In this document: positions 18,725-27,855 of the stretch, in pieces
Layout: every line of letters starts with the position of its first letter
Numbering within the stretch: the stretch's first letter is position 1
NCBI GenBank assembly: GCA_004769085.1
Contig: DUDS01000044.1
Coordinates: forward strand, 44,670 to 108,669
DNA: 64,000 bases
Direction of reading: 5' to 3'
Source of the DNA: Candidatus Melainabacteria bacterium SSGW_16
Lineage (GTDB): Bacteria > Cyanobacteriota > Vampirovibrionia > 2-02-FULL-35-15
Notes under the pieces: generated by a model
Database searches by the model: none
What the model was told of the DNA's origin: nothing
The model's input: only the letters and a program-made list of their open reading frames with translations
Position numbers and translations under genes: made by a program

Positions 18725-19648
18725 ATGCAACAAATAACAGAACACTCTTCTGAAACAAAATGCAGAGAAGATTTAACTAAGGTCTGTAACCTTTTATATA
18801 TAAAGGGCCTGATTTCCGGGTTTGATGGAAACATAAGTTTAAAGTCTGATGAAAGAACAATTCTTATCACACCTTTAAACACACATAAAGGGTTAATAAA
18901 ACCTGAGCAATTCACAAAAGTAGATATTAGCGGAGAAATCATATCAGGTGGAAAACCATCCTCAGAACTTGACATTCATCTTGAAGCATATAAAAAAAGA
19001 CCTGATATAAACGCAATTATTCATGCACACCCCCCAACACTTATTTCACTTACTGTAAGCGGAATGAACCTGGATGAGCCTTTAATTCCTGATGTTATTA
19101 ATAATCTTGGCAGTATACCAACAGTACCTTACCCTGGGACAGATAAAGAAAAAGAAAAATCACTTATAGTATCAAGTTTAGAAAATCATGATGCAATTAT
19201 TCTGGAACGTCACGGTGCAGTTACAGTAGGAAGTGATATTTACAGAGCTTTGCACTATACAGAGTTGCTTGAATTTGCTGCAAAGATCATGTTCAATGCA
19301 AAGATTGCTGGTGAGATTTTTCCACTTGATAAATCACAAATAAAAGAAATTTTAAATGAAAGAGAGAAAGCCTGTGGCAGAAATATTGATACAAAATCAG
19401 AATTAAATAATTACTGTAAACATAAAAATAAATTTAATTTAAAGAATCTATTTGCAAAATTATTTGAAGGAAACTCACTGGTATTTCAGAGAATTCTATG
19501 TCTTATAAATGAACTTAATCTGTCAGTCATTTCAAGGACAAGCTATGCAAGTAAACTTACCCATCTGGAAAGAGAAGAATTATCGAGAGAACTGACAGCC
19601 TCATTTATTGGAATGCTGATTGGAAGATTTACAGGTAAAAAGCTTTAA
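18725..19648 (+). CDS. Class II aldolase/adducin-family protein (MtnB/fuculose-phosphate-aldolase-like) with an about 100-aa C-terminal extension.
   Basis: The metal-binding pattern of the aldolase II fold (E...H.H ... IIHAHPP ... ERHGAVTVG) is recognisable in the first 210 aa. Confidence 0.6.
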   Translation: MQQITEHSSETKCREDLTKVCNLLYIKGLISGFDGNISLKSDERTILITPLNTHKGLIKPEQFTKVDISGEIISGGKPSSELDIHLEAYKKRPDINAIIHAHPPTLISLTVSGMNLDEPLIPDVINNLGSIPTVPYPGTDKEKEKSLIVSSLENHDAIILERHGAVTVGSDIYRALHYTELLEFAAKIMFNAKIAGEIFPLDKSQIKEILNEREKACGRNIDTKSELNNYCKHKNKFNLKNLFAKLFEGNSLVFQRILCLINELNLSVISRTSYASKLTHLEREELSRELTASFIGMLIGRFTGKKL

Positions 19649-19654
19649 AGTATA

Positions 19655-19680
19655 TAAGTCCAAAAGACTTACTTTCTATT
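19655..19680 (+). terminator. Possible intrinsic terminator after the aldolase gene.
   Basis: TAAGTC-CAAAA-GACTTA hairpin followed by CTTTCTATT. The stem is weak and AT-rich. Confidence 0.4.
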
Positions 19681-19744
19681 AAAAACAAGCAATAAAGACT
19701 AATATACAAATAATCAACGTGCTAGAATTCATTACTGAAAAATC

Positions 19745-21061
19745 ATGGTAGTAAAAAACTTAGTATTAAAAAGTAACTACATTAAAGAAGTTTTCACTGC
19801 AAAAGAAGTTAAGGATCTTTATCTTTTTACTGTAAACCATAATACTGCACCTGTTGCTGTAAGGGAAAAATTTGCAATACCGGAATACAGTCTAAAGGAA
19901 TTAATTAAAACTTTAAAATCTCTCAGATTGTTTGATTCATTTTTTGTTTTGAGTACCTGTAACCGTACTGAAATATATTTCATATCTTCAGATGAAGATA
20001 ATTCACTTAGAAACTTATACAAGTTCTTTGCATCACACATCGGAATAGAAGAAAAACTAGTAAAAGAATATAGTTCAATTTTAAAAAATATTAACGTTGT
20101 AAATCACTATTTCAGACTTGCATGCGGGCTGGAAAGTCTTGTTATAGGTGAAAAACAAATACTTTCCCAGATAAAATCTGCATATGCTGTTGCACAGGAA
20201 GAGCACATATTGGGAAACATTCTTGAACTTATGTCCCAATATGCATTAAAATCTGCAAAAGAAGTCCATAAACAAACAAATCTTTCAGCAAACAGCCAGT
20301 CTATCAGTTCAGCAGCAGTAGACCTGGCAAACAATATTGCAGGTCCATTAAAAACAAAATCAGTAATGGTACTTGGTGCAGGGAACGTAGCAAAACTAGC
20401 ACTGGAACATATTGTTAAAACAGGCGGGGCAAAAGAGACTATAGCTTTAAACAGATCACCTCATAGAGTCATAGAATTTTCAGATAAATATAAAATCGAC
20501 AGAACTATTGCATTTGATGATATTTATAAAGAGCTAAACGATGTTGATATTTTAATTTGTGCTGCAGGTGCCCCACATTTTATTATTTTTGCTGAACAAT
20601 TTAAAAACTACAGAAAAGATTCTTCAAAGAGTCTTTATATCTTTGATTTATCTCTCCCAAGAAATATTGATTCTGAATTCGGGAAATTACCAAATGTTCA
20701 GCTAGTAGATATCGATTCTATTCAGTCAATTTACAGTAAGACAATCCAGACAAACTATAAAGATATAAAAAGTTCTGAAGAACTTGTATCAAAACACATA
20801 AAAAGCTTCTTTTCCAGCCTGGATAATGAAGATACAAACAAATTAATCAGAGAAATAAGAGAAAAAGCAGAGAATATAAGAAAACTAAAGTTTGAAAAAC
20901 ATAGTAAAAGCAAAAAACAGTTTACAAAAGAAGAGGTTGACTACATTACAAAAAATATAGTTAATTCAATCCTGCATAAACCAATTAAACTACTGAAAAA
21001 AACACATCCCGAAATTAATTATAGTAAGGTTGTTAGAGAGATCATGGACCTGCTTGTATAA
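19745..21061 (+). CDS. hemA: Glutamyl-tRNA reductase.
   Basis: VLSTCNRTEIY active-site Cys motif and NAD-binding GAGNVA. 438 aa. Confidence 0.9.
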   Translation: MVVKNLVLKSNYIKEVFTAKEVKDLYLFTVNHNTAPVAVREKFAIPEYSLKELIKTLKSLRLFDSFFVLSTCNRTEIYFISSDEDNSLRNLYKFFASHIGIEEKLVKEYSSILKNINVVNHYFRLACGLESLVIGEKQILSQIKSAYAVAQEEHILGNILELMSQYALKSAKEVHKQTNLSANSQSISSAAVDLANNIAGPLKTKSVMVLGAGNVAKLALEHIVKTGGAKETIALNRSPHRVIEFSDKYKIDRTIAFDDIYKELNDVDILICAAGAPHFIIFAEQFKNYRKDSSKSLYIFDLSLPRNIDSEFGKLPNVQLVDIDSIQSIYSKTIQTNYKDIKSSEELVSKHIKSFFSSLDNEDTNKLIREIREKAENIRKLKFEKHSKSKKQFTKEEVDYITKNIVNSILHKPIKLLKKTHPEINYSKVVREIMDLLV

Positions 21062-21989
21062 ATCTATTACAATTGGTACTCGCTCTAGTAAGTTAGCTCT
21101 ATGGCAGGCAAAACATGTCAAAGAAGAATTGTTAAAACATTTTCCTGATTTAGAAATTGAACTGAAAGAAATTAAAACAAAGGGTGATCACATTACAGAT
21201 GTTGCACTTTCAAAAGTTGGGGGGAAAGGGCTTTTTACAAAAGAAATAGAAGATGCACTATTAAAAGGAGGCATTGATCTAGCTGTTCATAGTCTAAAAG
21301 ATCTGCCTACTAAGCTCCCAGAAGGATTAAAAATCGGTGCTGTGTTAACCAGAGAAAATCCATGCGATGTTTTAATTTCAAAAAATAAAGTTAAATTTAA
21401 AAAACTTACAAGTGGTGCAAAAATCGGCACCTCCAGTCTGCGGCGCATTGCCCAGCTTAAAGCAATTAGAGCAGATCTTGAATACATGGATCTTCGCGGG
21501 AATCTGGATACAAGAATAAAAAAACTTGAATCTGGAGAATACGATGGAATCATACTTGCTTACGCAGGAGTAAAAAGACTTGGTTTTGAAAATTTAATTT
21601 CTGAACACTTCAGCACAACTGAAATATTTCCTGCGGTAGGACAAGGCACCCTTGTAGTTGAAATCAGGGAGAATGATTTAGAAATTGAAGGAATTATTTT
21701 TAGTTTAAACAATTATGAATCTCATATATCTGCACTTTGTGAAAGGTCATTTTTAGAAAGACTTCAAGGCGGTTGTCAAGTACCTATAGGTGCAATTTCT
21801 GAAATTAAAAATGATGAGATTATTATAAAGGGAATAGTTACAAGCCTTGATGGAAAAAGAATTATTAAGGGTGAAAACAATGGAAAAATTGAAAACTCCA
21901 GACAAATAGGTATACAGCTTGCTGAAAAGTTATTACAAAATGGCGGCAATAAAATTCTTATGGAAATCTTAGAAACAAGTACTCACTGA
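21030..21989 (+). CDS. hemC: Hydroxymethylbilane synthase (porphobilinogen deaminase). The start is uncertain: it overlaps the hemA 3' end by 32 nt.
   Basis: ITIGTRSSKLALWQA N-terminus and the dipyrromethane cofactor Cys region. The true start could lie a few codons downstream. Confidence 0.85.
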   Translation: MLERSWTCLYKSITIGTRSSKLALWQAKHVKEELLKHFPDLEIELKEIKTKGDHITDVALSKVGGKGLFTKEIEDALLKGGIDLAVHSLKDLPTKLPEGLKIGAVLTRENPCDVLISKNKVKFKKLTSGAKIGTSSLRRIAQLKAIRADLEYMDLRGNLDTRIKKLESGEYDGIILAYAGVKRLGFENLISEHFSTTEIFPAVGQGTLVVEIRENDLEIEGIIFSLNNYESHISALCERSFLERLQGGCQVPIGAISEIKNDEIIIKGIVTSLDGKRIIKGENNGKIENSRQIGIQLAEKLLQNGGNKILMEILETSTH

Positions 21990-22023
21990 TGCTTTTAAAA
22001 CATATGATAATGTTTTCATATAA

Positions 22024-23589
22024 ATGAATAGCAAAGAAAAAAATAAATCAACAGTTTATATAACAGGAGCAGGTCCCGGAGATCCTGATTTGCTTACCTT
22101 AAAGGCCAGGGAAATTATAAGCAAAGCTGATGTTATTGCCTACGACAGCCTTGTTTCAAATGAAATACTTGAGCTTGCATTAGTTATAAATCCGCAAGTC
22201 AAACTTATTTATGTTGGGAAATCAGGCTTCGGAAAAAATAAATCTATTTCACAGGAGCAAATAAATAAATTACTTCTTGAGCTTTCAGCAGATTATAAAA
22301 TCATATGTCGTTTAAAAGGTGGGGACCCAAATATATTTGGAAGAGGTGGGGAAGAAGCTTCATTCCTTCATGAAAACAATATAAATTTTGAGATCATCCC
22401 TGGCGTTTCAAGCATTACAGCAGTTCCTGCATATGCAGGGATTCCACTCACTCACAGAGATTTTACAAACTCTTTTACAGTAATAACAGCTCATGAGGAT
22501 CCATTTGATTCAGAAAGCAAAATTAAATGGGAAAGTTTTGATGCTATTAACAGTACGCTTGTGCTTTTAATGGGAGTAAAGAATCTTCCTAAAATAATTG
22601 AAAAACTTTTAACTCTGGGCAGAAGCTCTGAGACACCCCTTGCAGCTGTCTTCTGGGGTACCATTGGAAAGCAAAAAACAATAATCACAAAACTCAAATC
22701 TGCACTTACAGATATTAAAAAAGAGGGGATTAACTCTCCATCAGTTATAGTAATAGGAGAAGTGGTTAACTGCAGAAATACTATGAACTGGTTTGAATCA
22801 AAGCCTCTTTTTGGAAAGAAAATTCTTATTACAAGAACCAAAGAACAGGCTTTACCTTTCGCATCAAAATTAATAAAAGCAGGTGCAAGTCCTGTAGTAG
22901 TTCCGGTTGTAAACTACCATATTACAGAACAGGAAATCTATAACAAGCAGGTAATTAATAATTTTCCTTCATTTGACTGGATATTTTTCACAAGCCAGAA
23001 TTCTGTCAGATTTTTCTTTGAAATTTTAAGCAAAAACTATTATGACTCCAGAATTCTTTTTAAAACAAAAATTGCTGCGGTAGGAATAAAAACAAAATCT
23101 GAGCTTCTAAAATACAATATAAAAGCTGATTTTATTCCTAAAAGGTTTTCACTTGAAGATTTAATTAGCGAACTTTCTGAGAATGAAGATTTGAAACAAA
23201 AAAAGATTTTACTACCCACTCAAAATTCATCAGGACATAGGTTTTCAAGAGGGTTGGATATAACTGAATGGGGTATTTATAATGCTGTTTTCCTTGAAAC
23301 ATTTGATGAAATCACCTTGAATAAAATTAAAGAAGGTCTTGATGTAATAACACTCTTTAGTTCAAACACTGCTGAACATGTAATGAAGCTGTTTGAAAAA
23401 CATGATCTTTTCAAATTTCTAAACAGCACAAAAATAGCTACAATAGGGGGTGAAACTGCAAGAACTGCTAAAAAGCTTTTTGGAAGAGTTGATATTATAG
23501 CAGAATCCTTTACAGAAGAAGGTTTGATTTCCTCAATAGAGAATTACTACACTATCAAAGATCTTGCCCTTGAAAAACTAAACCAATGA
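22024..23589 (+). CDS. Fused uroporphyrinogen-III C-methyltransferase / uroporphyrinogen-III synthase (CobA-HemD).
   Basis: N-terminal VYITGAGPGDPDLLTLKA (SUMT/CobA). The C-terminal about 250 aa has the HemD-like repeat architecture. 521 aa. Confidence 0.8.
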   Translation: MNSKEKNKSTVYITGAGPGDPDLLTLKAREIISKADVIAYDSLVSNEILELALVINPQVKLIYVGKSGFGKNKSISQEQINKLLLELSADYKIICRLKGGDPNIFGRGGEEASFLHENNINFEIIPGVSSITAVPAYAGIPLTHRDFTNSFTVITAHEDPFDSESKIKWESFDAINSTLVLLMGVKNLPKIIEKLLTLGRSSETPLAAVFWGTIGKQKTIITKLKSALTDIKKEGINSPSVIVIGEVVNCRNTMNWFESKPLFGKKILITRTKEQALPFASKLIKAGASPVVVPVVNYHITEQEIYNKQVINNFPSFDWIFFTSQNSVRFFFEILSKNYYDSRILFKTKIAAVGIKTKSELLKYNIKADFIPKRFSLEDLISELSENEDLKQKKILLPTQNSSGHRFSRGLDITEWGIYNAVFLETFDEITLNKIKEGLDVITLFSSNTAEHVMKLFEKHDLFKFLNSTKIATIGGETARTAKKLFGRVDIIAESFTEEGLISSIENYYTIKDLALEKLNQ

Positions 23590-24572
23590 CAAAAATAAAC
23601 TTAAAAATCAGACCAAGAAGACTAAGGAAAAATGAACTAATAAGATCAATGTTTCAGGAGACATACCTTTCGCCTGCACAGTTTATTTCCCCGATTTTTA
23701 TTCATGATGGCAGTAGCCCGGAAGTCAAAATCAACTCAATGCCTGGGATTTTTCAATTTTCATTAGACAGAGCATTAAAATATATAGAAGAGCTTAAAGA
23801 AAATAAAATAAATTCTGTAATTCTTTTTGGAATACCAGATTCAAAGGACAATACAGCAACTTCAGGGTGGGAAAATGATGGGATAATTCAAAAAGCAAAC
23901 AGAAAGATTAAAGAACATTTTCCGGATATTCTGCTTATAAATGACACCTGTCTTTGTGAATATATGGATCATGGACACTGTGGAATAGTAATGGAAAAGG
24001 AAATCTTAAATGATCCTACTCTGGAAATAATCCAGAAGACTGCTCTTTCACAGGCAGAGTCAGGAGCAGATATCATTGCACCGTCAGGAATGATTGATGG
24101 AATGGTATCTGCCATAAGAAGTGTGCTTGATGATAATGGTTTTCAGGATAAAGCAATAATGAGCTATGCAGTTAAATATGCAAGCAGTTTTTACGGACCG
24201 TTTCGTGAAGCAGCACAGTCAACACCGCAGTTTGGTGACAGAAGATCCTATCAGATGAATCCTGCCAACAAAAGAGAAGCAATAAGAGAAGCATTATTAG
24301 ATGAAAAAGAAGGTGCAGATATCATAATGATAAAACCTGCTTTGCCTTACCTGGATATAATTTCTGAAGTAAAATCCAAAGTAAACCTTCCTATAGCTGC
24401 ATATAATGTTTCAGGTGAATATTCTATGGTAAAAGCTGCTTCAGAAAAGGGTTGGATTGATGAAGATAAAGTAGTTCTTGAAATGCTTACAGGCATAAAA
24501 CGAGCTGGAGCAGATGTAATTATTAGTTATTTTGCAAAGGATATTTTAAAGTTATTAAAGAAATTCTATTGA
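23586..24572 (+). CDS. hemB: Porphobilinogen synthase (ALA dehydratase).
   Basis: RPRRLR N-terminus, zinc-binding DTCLCEYMDHGHCG, and the active-site Lys region. Overlaps the cobA-hemD stop by 4 nt. Confidence 0.9.
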   Translation: MTKINLKIRPRRLRKNELIRSMFQETYLSPAQFISPIFIHDGSSPEVKINSMPGIFQFSLDRALKYIEELKENKINSVILFGIPDSKDNTATSGWENDGIIQKANRKIKEHFPDILLINDTCLCEYMDHGHCGIVMEKEILNDPTLEIIQKTALSQAESGADIIAPSGMIDGMVSAIRSVLDDNGFQDKAIMSYAVKYASSFYGPFREAAQSTPQFGDRRSYQMNPANKREAIREALLDEKEGADIIMIKPALPYLDIISEVKSKVNLPIAAYNVSGEYSMVKAASEKGWIDEDKVVLEMLTGIKRAGADVIISYFAKDILKLLKKFY

Positions 24573-24615
24573 AACCCTAGGTTACACTTTAAGGAAATCT
24601 TTAATATATTAGATA

Positions 24616-24870
24616 TTGAAAGACTTTGATAAATACAGTAATCTCATTAATATGGTTGCTGAAGCACAAAAGTATAGGGCACAGTTTTTCCAAATTGTAG
24701 GATTTTCCTTATTTACACCTTTTGGGAAAATGATGATGGATATATTTGATTTGAAATTTGAAAAATTATCAATGATTTTTTTTATTTTCTTAAGCATTTC
24801 AGCAATTATAGGATTTGTAGGTATAATATTAATTACTAAAGGATTGGAAGTTTTAGAATTAAATGACTGA
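24616..24870 (+). CDS. Small single-TM membrane protein (84 aa), the first of three tandem mini-genes.
   Basis: ORF with a C-terminal hydrophobic helix. Its stop overlaps the next start (ATGA). Confidence 0.4.
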   Translation: MKDFDKYSNLINMVAEAQKYRAQFFQIVGFSLFTPFGKMMMDIFDLKFEKLSMIFFIFLSISAIIGFVGIILITKGLEVLELND

Positions 24871-25031
24871 ACCTGGAGAAAAATTATTAATTCAAATTCT
24901 GTGTATTATTACAGCCCTTACTGGAATAATCACATTACCCGGATATATGCTATGGAAATGGGGAGATCCAAAGAGAGACAGGACATTAAAAGAATTATTT
25001 GATAAATTATTCAAGTCAAGGACAACATAAA
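24867..25031 (+). CDS. Small single-TM membrane protein (54 aa).
   Basis: MTEPGEKLLIQILCIITALTGIITLPGYMLWKW... Below the ORF-table cutoff. Translationally coupled to the upstream mini-gene. Confidence 0.35.
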
Positions 25032-25036
25032 GAAAA

Positions 25037-25216
25037 ATGTGCCCAAATTGTATATTAAATAAAGCAAGTTTAGGAGCAGCATATTATGGTGCATTCACTA
25101 TATGTATTCTGTTTGCAGTAGTAGCATTAGCACTATATATCTGGGGTAAAAAGTCAGGTGAATTTACTGGAGATGAAGAAGAAGCAAAATACACAGTTTT
25201 TGACAATAAAAATTAA
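25037..25216 (+). CDS. Small single-TM membrane protein (59 aa) with a CPNC motif.
   Basis: MCPNCILNKASLGAAYYGAFTICILFAVVALALYIW... Overlaps the start of the VWA gene in another frame. Confidence 0.3.
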   Translation: MCPNCILNKASLGAAYYGAFTICILFAVVALALYIWGKKSGEFTGDEEEAKYTVFDNKN

Positions 25217-26033
25217 AATTATTCTTCTTTTTATTCTATTTCTGTTCACAGGAATAGTTGCTTTTTCACAAACTACAAACCCATTTTTAAAAAGCTCAAG
25301 GCCAAAAGGAAATGTTTATTCAGATGATAAACGAACGGTTTTAATTGTTTTTGATGCATCAGGCAGCATGGAAGATAAAATCCAGGGTGAAACAAAGATC
25401 CACATAGCAAAGAAAGTACTAAAAGAAGTTCTTGAAAATGCTGACTCTGATGCAAATATTGGACTTAGAGTATATGGTTCAGGAAAACCTACAGGAAGCC
25501 CCAGATATGACTGTCTCGACTCAAGACTAGTTGTTATTCCTGATACAAATAACAGAAGAACCATTATTAATGAGATTTATAAAATTCTTCCCCAAGGATT
25601 TACACCTATTACATTCTCACTTTCACAGGCAATTCAGGATATTCTTCCATACAAAGGTGAAAAATCAATAATCCTAATCAGTGATGGACTTGAAACCTGT
25701 GGCGGAGATCCCTGCTTATTAGCTAAAAACATTGCAGATACAAATATAGATTTAAAAATAAATGTTGTTGGTTTTGGGGTAAGAGATGACTGGGAAGCTC
25801 AGCAACAACTTATGTGTGTAGCATTAAACACTCACGGCAGATATTACTCAGCAGATAATTCAGATGAGCTTGCTCAGGGTTTAAAAGAAAGTATAAATAA
25901 AACTGTTACAGGAAGGATAATTTTAAAGGGTAGTATGGAAACTGAAGTTAGCACAGAAGAAACAGAAGGATATGAAAATCTGCCAAAACTTCAGTCAGAA
26001 AAGTTAATTCTAAAAAGGAAGAAACAAAAATAA
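25173..26033 (+). CDS. von Willebrand factor A (VWA) domain protein with an N-terminal membrane anchor.
   Basis: VLIVFDASGSMED is the MIDAS motif (DxSxS), with downstream T and D ligands. Start chosen at ATG 25173; the table's 25158 is a GTG. Confidence 0.7.
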   Translation: MKKKQNTQFLTIKIKIILLFILFLFTGIVAFSQTTNPFLKSSRPKGNVYSDDKRTVLIVFDASGSMEDKIQGETKIHIAKKVLKEVLENADSDANIGLRVYGSGKPTGSPRYDCLDSRLVVIPDTNNRRTIINEIYKILPQGFTPITFSLSQAIQDILPYKGEKSIILISDGLETCGGDPCLLAKNIADTNIDLKINVVGFGVRDDWEAQQQLMCVALNTHGRYYSADNSDELAQGLKESINKTVTGRIILKGSMETEVSTEETEGYENLPKLQSEKLILKRKKQK

Positions 26034-26035
26034 TT

Positions 26036-27127
26036 TTATCTAACTTGTTTTGGTCTCATTACAATATAATTTCTGTCCTCATGAACAACTCTTTGTATCC
26101 TTCTTCGTTCAATATCAATTAATATTCCTAATTCAGAAACTATTGGTTGGTAGACCATATCATGTATCTCACCTTCTAAAACCCTGTCCCATATTTTTGG
26201 TAAATCTTCCGCATACAACTCTATATCACAATCCACCATCACTGTTTTCCCTGCTCTTAAATAATACATAGCAAGTGATTTAAAAATATCCCTAAAGTGA
26301 TTTTCTGTCTGTCCATTGAGATTAAAAACAACCTCACCGTTATCAAATTCTTTTTCAAGAAACATACCAAGCTCTTCAACCCTTCCAGTCTGATTCCTTC
26401 GTTTAATTTGAACAATACCTCTTTGATCCAGCCAGTAATCAATCTGGCTTACTAAGTTATAAATATCATTCTCATCTACAATAACTGTTGGTGCATTGGA
26501 GTATCTACTTCCTCCATTGATTAACTCCCAGCCTGCCTCGTCAATTTCTGTACTTAAGCCATTATCAGGTTCTTGAGCAGGATCAAAATCAGGATCAGCA
26601 TAATGTAAATTAGGATACTCTACTTCTGAACCAATATAAGGTTCATTTGGAAGGAAGCCGGAATAATCAGGACTATCCAATACCTGATTATTTCTTTGAA
26701 CCTCATTCCGTAATCTCGCAAATGTAACAAAATTATGCTTTGTACCAAACAAACTAAAAAAATGATGCCTAATCCGTCTTGTTTCTAGTTCTGCTTTAGT
26801 ATTTTGACCATCCTGGCTTTGAACTCTTTTTACAAAATCATCCTGAGTAAGCTCTCCTGCAGCATAATTTGTTTTTAAATCTACAGGACCACAATCTATT
26901 TCAATACCTTTTCTTTGGACTAACCCAGAAGAAATAACTGAGACAAGTTCTTCCTTTTCTGCTTCTAAGTCCTTCTTAAATGTAAGTTCAGGATTTATAA
27001 TCTTAATTTTTACATATAAAGGTCTCTGCACATAAGAAAAACTCTTTCCCGGGGAAAATTTTTCCTCAAATACTGGCCTAGGGATATATGTCCTAAGACT
27101 AGGTTGAACTGGTTCTGTCCTATACAC
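26036..27127 (-). CDS. Hypothetical protein (363 aa), last gene of the apparent purC-purS operon.
   Basis: ORF 37 nt downstream of the 222-aa ORF. No recognisable motif. Confidence 0.5.
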   Translation of the reverse strand: MYRTEPVQPSLRTYIPRPVFEEKFSPGKSFSYVQRPLYVKIKIINPELTFKKDLEAEKEELVSVISSGLVQRKGIEIDCGPVDLKTNYAAGELTQDDFVKRVQSQDGQNTKAELETRRIRHHFFSLFGTKHNFVTFARLRNEVQRNNQVLDSPDYSGFLPNEPYIGSEVEYPNLHYADPDFDPAQEPDNGLSTEIDEAGWELINGGSRYSNAPTVIVDENDIYNLVSQIDYWLDQRGIVQIKRRNQTGRVEELGMFLEKEFDNGEVVFNLNGQTENHFRDIFKSLAMYYLRAGKTVMVDCDIELYAEDLPKIWDRVLEGEIHDMVYQPIVSELGILIDIERRRIQRVVHEDRNYIVMRPKQVR

Positions 27128-27164
27128 AAATTTACCTTTTACAATTGCCTTACATTATATCAAC

Positions 27165-27833
27165 TCATTCAGGGTTAAAAAGGACAAAAGGTCTTGTTAC
27201 AGATTTTAACCACAAAAAACCAAACCTTTCTTTTCGTATTTCAACTTTATGGGGATACACCCCTGTTACGAGCTGCACTGACTCTAAAATATCCCTATCT
27301 ATATGATCCTCTGGTAATTGAACTTCATTGTCACCAGTTTCATATGCTTCTTTTAAATCGACATCTATCCCCTGATTAAACTGTTTATTTAAATCATCTT
27401 CTCCATCAATAATAACAATATCTTCTTTTTCTTCAAGAGACCAGGACACAGCAACTTTACAACCATTATTTAAAAATCCAATCAATGCAGCTGTTAAAAG
27501 TTCTGCACATTCTATAAGTCCTCTTTTTAAGAAAATTACTATTTCATTATTTGTTTTATCAAAACTAATTTCTAACTTTGGTATTTTTTGTTCAATCCCT
27601 AAAGGACTTTTATGCTGTAAAGTAACAGTCTGACCTTTTGAAACCAGATCTAAAACATAATTAATTACTTCTTCATTGTCAGAGTATCTAAAAGAATATC
27701 CTTCTAAATCTATAAGAGCCTTGCCACCAACAAATCCTCTAAAAATAAACGAATCAGAAAATCTTTTCTGCACAGGTTTATGTGGTGCTGGTGCGCCAAT
27801 AAAATACTCAGCAATTCTTCCAATACCAAACAT
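27165..27833 (-). CDS. Hypothetical protein (222 aa), immediately downstream of purC-purS.
   Basis: ORF 22 nt after the purC-purS stop, on the same strand. No recognisable motif. Confidence 0.5.
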   Translation of the reverse strand: MFGIGRIAEYFIGAPAPHKPVQKRFSDSFIFRGFVGGKALIDLEGYSFRYSDNEEVINYVLDLVSKGQTVTLQHKSPLGIEQKIPKLEISFDKTNNEIVIFLKRGLIECAELLTAALIGFLNNGCKVAVSWSLEEKEDIVIIDGEDDLNKQFNQGIDVDLKEAYETGDNEVQLPEDHIDRDILESVQLVTGVYPHKVEIRKERFGFLWLKSVTRPFVLFNPE

Positions 27834-27855
27834 AAGAGGTACTAAATATAATAAC

